Assembly (NCBI GenBank): GCA_016235265.1
Contig: JACRLI010000022.1
Coordinates: 9,257-73,256, forward strand
Source of the DNA: Candidatus Eiseniibacteriota bacterium
GTDB lineage: Bacteria > Eisenbacteria > RBG-16-71-46 > JACRLI01
DNA length: 64,000 bases
Direction: 5' to 3'
Positions 61,501 through 64,000 of the stretch are shown here, one piece after another; the first letter of the stretch is position 1; each line of letters starts with the position of its first letter. The notes under the pieces are model-generated. The model made no database searches and had not been told where the DNA came from. It saw nothing but the letters and a program-made list of their open reading frames with translations. The translations under genes were made by a program, and so were the position numbers.

Positions 61501-63603
61501 CGCATCACCACCCGCAGCTCGTACTACAACGACTCCGGCCTGGCGCCGCTCACGCCCTACTACTACTACGTCACCGCCGCGGACTCGGGCGGCAACGAGG
61601 GGGTGGCGTCCAGCGTGGTGAGCGCCAGCACCAACCCGCCCTACCACAACGGGTGGCCGATCCCGACCACCAAGGAAATGGCGGGCTCACCGGTGCTGGT
61701 GAATTTCACGCACCAGCCCAGCGGCCAGCTGGATGTCTTCATCGGCTCCGACGCCATCTACGCCTGGCACCCCGACGGCACCGAGCTCCGGGACGGCGAC
61801 GGCCTGCCGCTCACCTCGGGCGTGTGGCTCCCGCGGGGGTTCGGCTATCCGGCTTCGATCACCGTCGCCGACCTGTTCCAGGACGGCAAGTTCTGCATCG
61901 TGGGGCTGACCCAGGACTCCAGCAACGTGATCGTGTGGGACGAGGACGGCAACGTGAAGCCGGGCTGGCCACACCGGTTGCTGGGCGGCTTCCCGTTCGG
62001 CTCGCCCGCCATCGGAGACATTGACGGCGACGGCAAGCCCGAGGTCGTGGTGGCCTGCGGAGGCTACGTCTACGCGTGGCACCCCAACGGGACCGAGGTC
62101 TTCAACGGCGACGGCAACGTCTCCACCAGCGGCCCGATCAAGGTGCTCACCGGGGCGTCGTACACCTACGGCTCCGTGGCGCTGGCCGACCTGGACCGCG
62201 ACGGGCGGCTGGACATCATCATCGGCAGCAGCGACGCCAAGATGCACGCCGTCAAGTACAACGGCACCGAGTGCCGGGGCTGGCCCATCAGTGTCGGAGC
62301 GCCAGTCACCGGTTCCGCCGCGGTGGCCGACCTGGACCTCGACGGGCACAACGAGGTGGTGTTCCCCTCCAATTCCAACTTCCTCTACTGCGTCTCCGAT
62401 TCCGGCACCACCAAGCCCGGCTGGGCGGTGGCGATGACGCTCAGCGGCACCAGCCGCAGCCCGTCCCCGGCGCTGGCGGACGTGAACGGCGACGGCTACC
62501 TGGACGTGGTCGAGGCCACCACCAACGGCTACATCCGCGTGCTGGACCGCAACGGGGCCAACCTGCCCGGCTGGACCAGCGTGCGCTACGCGGCGGCCTA
62601 CGCGGCGTTCGCCGGCACGGCGGAGACATCGCCGATCGTGGCCGACATCGACGGCGACACCCAGATGGAGATCCTGCAGGGGGCGGAGGACGCGTTCTTC
62701 TACGGGTTCAACCACGACGGCACCGTGCTGGCGGGCTTCCCGATCCGCGTGGGCGGCGAGATCCGCGGCACGCCCGCGGCGTGGGACCTGACCAACACCG
62801 GCCAGTCGAACATCATCCTGCCCAGCTGGGACAAGAACGTGTACGTGTGGGACTACCCCGGTGGCTTCAACCGCGCGCGCGCCCCGTGGCCCATGTTCCG
62901 GCACGACGACCAGCACACCGGCTATTATCTCAATCCGAACATCATCACCGCGGTGGAAGGCGTGATGCTGGAGGCTTCGGCCGGCGCCGAGGGCATCCGC
63001 CTCGCCTGGGAGACGCCTCCCGCGGCCGGCGGCCGGCTGTCGTGGAACGTCTACCGGCGCGAGGAGGCCGCGGCCGGCGAGGTGCCGGACGCTTCGCCCC
63101 AGGCGGCTGCGCTCTCGACCATCCCGGTGGACTTCGTGAAGGTGAACGACACGCCCATCACCGACGCCGACGGCCACCCGGCCTACCTGGACGGCGACGT
63201 GCGCGGCGGCCACGTGTACGCGTACATCCTGGAGACCCTGGTGAACGGCCAGCGCGAGGCGCTCACCGGGCCGCTGGTCCGCCAGCTGCCCGAGCGCTTC
63301 CTGCCGGCCCGCGTGGCCCTGTTCCAGAACACACCCAACCCGTTCCGCGGCACCACGGCCATCCGGTTCCAGGTGCCCGCGGGTGCGAAGGGCGCCGCCG
63401 CCGGCCGGGTGCGCCTCACGGTGCACGACGTGGCCGGCCGGGTGCTGCGCACGCTGGCGGACGGGGCGAAGGCGCCGGGCACCTACAGCGTGGACTGGGA
63501 CGGCAGCGACCAGTCCGGTTCGCGCGTGGCGTCCGGGGTGTACTTCTACCGGCTGACCGTGGGCAGCGAGGCGCTGACGCGGAAGATCCTGATGGTGAAG
63601 TAG
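58525..63603 (+). CDS. Gingipain-like C25 cysteine peptidase with FN3, FG-GAP repeats, an extra beta-sandwich and FlgD-Ig-like CTD (paralog 2)
   Basis: Same architecture as paralog 1; catalytic VGHG...IDCT; AGGAG RBS; CTD QNTPNPF...WDG...ASGVYFYRL. Confidence 0.92.
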   Translation: MTRITHAFQKSSPLLAMLVLLAVASAPALASGTVSRETRFMLRDLKVWEKDGEAHVALRGAPNRALPGEPELPTGCITVEVPAGARVTSWKVIPLEVIDVPARAKLAKMDAWITGEGRKVAGVASAAAAIAPDEAGWFPGVPYDRLQRGALQGHSLATVAVRPVQYLPNEGRIRLITRFRLIVNYEENAAARPLERVRRTERTEQAVARALGSLGLPYTPRPNARPARGGLFPMAAGEYPGPFGREAAYVIVTADSLVPAFQPLADWKTRQGVSSAIVTLSQVQAQYPQGVDLPEKIRLYLKDAYRYQGTQWALIGGTGQIVPPRYAYSQLLQDAPVPADMYYGNLDGNWNYNSNSVFGEAYFDSLAPGDSVDFYPEVYVGRAPILNSTEATIFVNKTLTYDRNPPQAYLNKALLFSEVLFPSDYTPGAGILYDGAVLSESVADSLPAYNQIVKLYENNDPINYPGSIYETRQAVIDSLNAGYNFVLHVGHGFRNTMSVGAGSLVNGDLRALTNGPRYSFLISIDCTSGAIDFDCIGAASVTAPSGGAFAFWGSTREAFPAVSKAYLDNFVGLVNSDSTGEIGEAMALCKLPFVAVTESDNPDRWTQFAFIMLGDPSLRLRLRPASTLSVTAPASFVMGDPGYTVSVTSGGSPAESVLVCVQKPGDDLQAGYTDAAGQVTLPFQPDNTGSFNVTATKRNHLPYMGTATVVGRGSAYLYDYSGSKSVSDGTTPPESGNSNGLADAGESVQLGITVGNNGSGVANGVVGTLSTAQPGVTVTSNTVGYGSIGAHSSAPGTGAYAVSFSRGLRDGLKVPFSLHLTDLAGDSRDDYFTLPVSAPVPEHYAHTWVDSVSGPTHYTLLKITLRNLGSGAFRGLTGTVRPVAGGFTPLDSVSSYGNLAPGASWIGTKEFRFQGQATALSRFYLFLTDANGEADTFNFDLKAPGAIGNLAALGSHSSIALTWTASPDSTTVAGYYLYRSTASGGPYARVNPRITTRSSYYNDSGLAPLTPYYYYVTAADSGGNEGVASSVVSASTNPPYHNGWPIPTTKEMAGSPVLVNFTHQPSGQLDVFIGSDAIYAWHPDGTELRDGDGLPLTSGVWLPRGFGYPASITVADLFQDGKFCIVGLTQDSSNVIVWDEDGNVKPGWPHRLLGGFPFGSPAIGDIDGDGKPEVVVACGGYVYAWHPNGTEVFNGDGNVSTSGPIKVLTGASYTYGSVALADLDRDGRLDIIIGSSDAKMHAVKYNGTECRGWPISVGAPVTGSAAVADLDLDGHNEVVFPSNSNFLYCVSDSGTTKPGWAVAMTLSGTSRSPSPALADVNGDGYLDVVEATTNGYIRVLDRNGANLPGWTSVRYAAAYAAFAGTAETSPIVADIDGDTQMEILQGAEDAFFYGFNHDGTVLAGFPIRVGGEIRGTPAAWDLTNTGQSNIILPSWDKNVYVWDYPGGFNRARAPWPMFRHDDQHTGYYLNPNIITAVEGVMLEASAGAEGIRLAWETPPAAGGRLSWNVYRREEAAAGEVPDASPQAAALSTIPVDFVKVNDTPITDADGHPAYLDGDVRGGHVYAYILETLVNGQREALTGPLVRQLPERFLPARVALFQNTPNPFRGTTAIRFQVPAGAKGAAAGRVRLTVHDVAGRVLRTLADGAKAPGTYSVDWDGSDQSGSRVASGVYFYRLTVGSEALTRKILMVK

Positions 63604-63666
63604 GGCTCCGGGGGGCGCCCCGCCCCCGATCCATGCTCCGCCGGTGATTGCGGCCCGTCCCCGCGT

Positions 63667-64000
<334 letters not shown>

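Overview
A high-GC bacterial chromosomal window, densely coding with about 50 genes. Secreted proteins with FlgD-Ig-like C-terminal domains, gingipain-like C25 proteases and a PEP-CTERM protein suggest an FCB-associated candidate lineage such as Ca. Eisenbacteria; this is inference. In order it contains: (1) a partial multiheme cytochrome c, gpmI, an aldehyde dehydrogenase and a UDP-sugar epimerase; (2) a rho-rpmE-DUF1385-prfA-prmC-murA-selB housekeeping run; (3) a minus-strand rlmN / NtrY-like kinase / NtrX-like regulator / Omp85 / DUF4390 / RqcH-like operon; (4) ArsR plus ppx; (5) a locus of a small secreted peptide precursor, a TPR-GAF-AAA+ sigma-54 activator, a sigma-54 promoter in front of a ~490-nt heavily base-paired ORF-poor region (candidate large ncRNA), and a second sigma-54 promoter driving a lipoprotein and a DUF4384 protein; (6) a MerR-led iscA-sufCBDSU-DUF59 Fe-S operon followed by an S8 protease; (7) BtpA, TSUP, PEP-CTERM, an acyltransferase, a ThiI-like enzyme and TusA; (8) a compositionally distinct trehalose (otsB, otsA, treT) / nhaB osmoprotection block; (9) two paralogous C25 proteases flanking pyrE and a Nudix gene; (10) the start of gltX. 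No tRNA, rRNA, CRISPR array or transposase was recognised. The best candidate for an undescribed system is locus 5 (22.7-29.8 kb), a putative peptide-sensing sigma-54 circuit with a large structured RNA as output. All calls come from reading motifs by eye; no database search or folding program was run.
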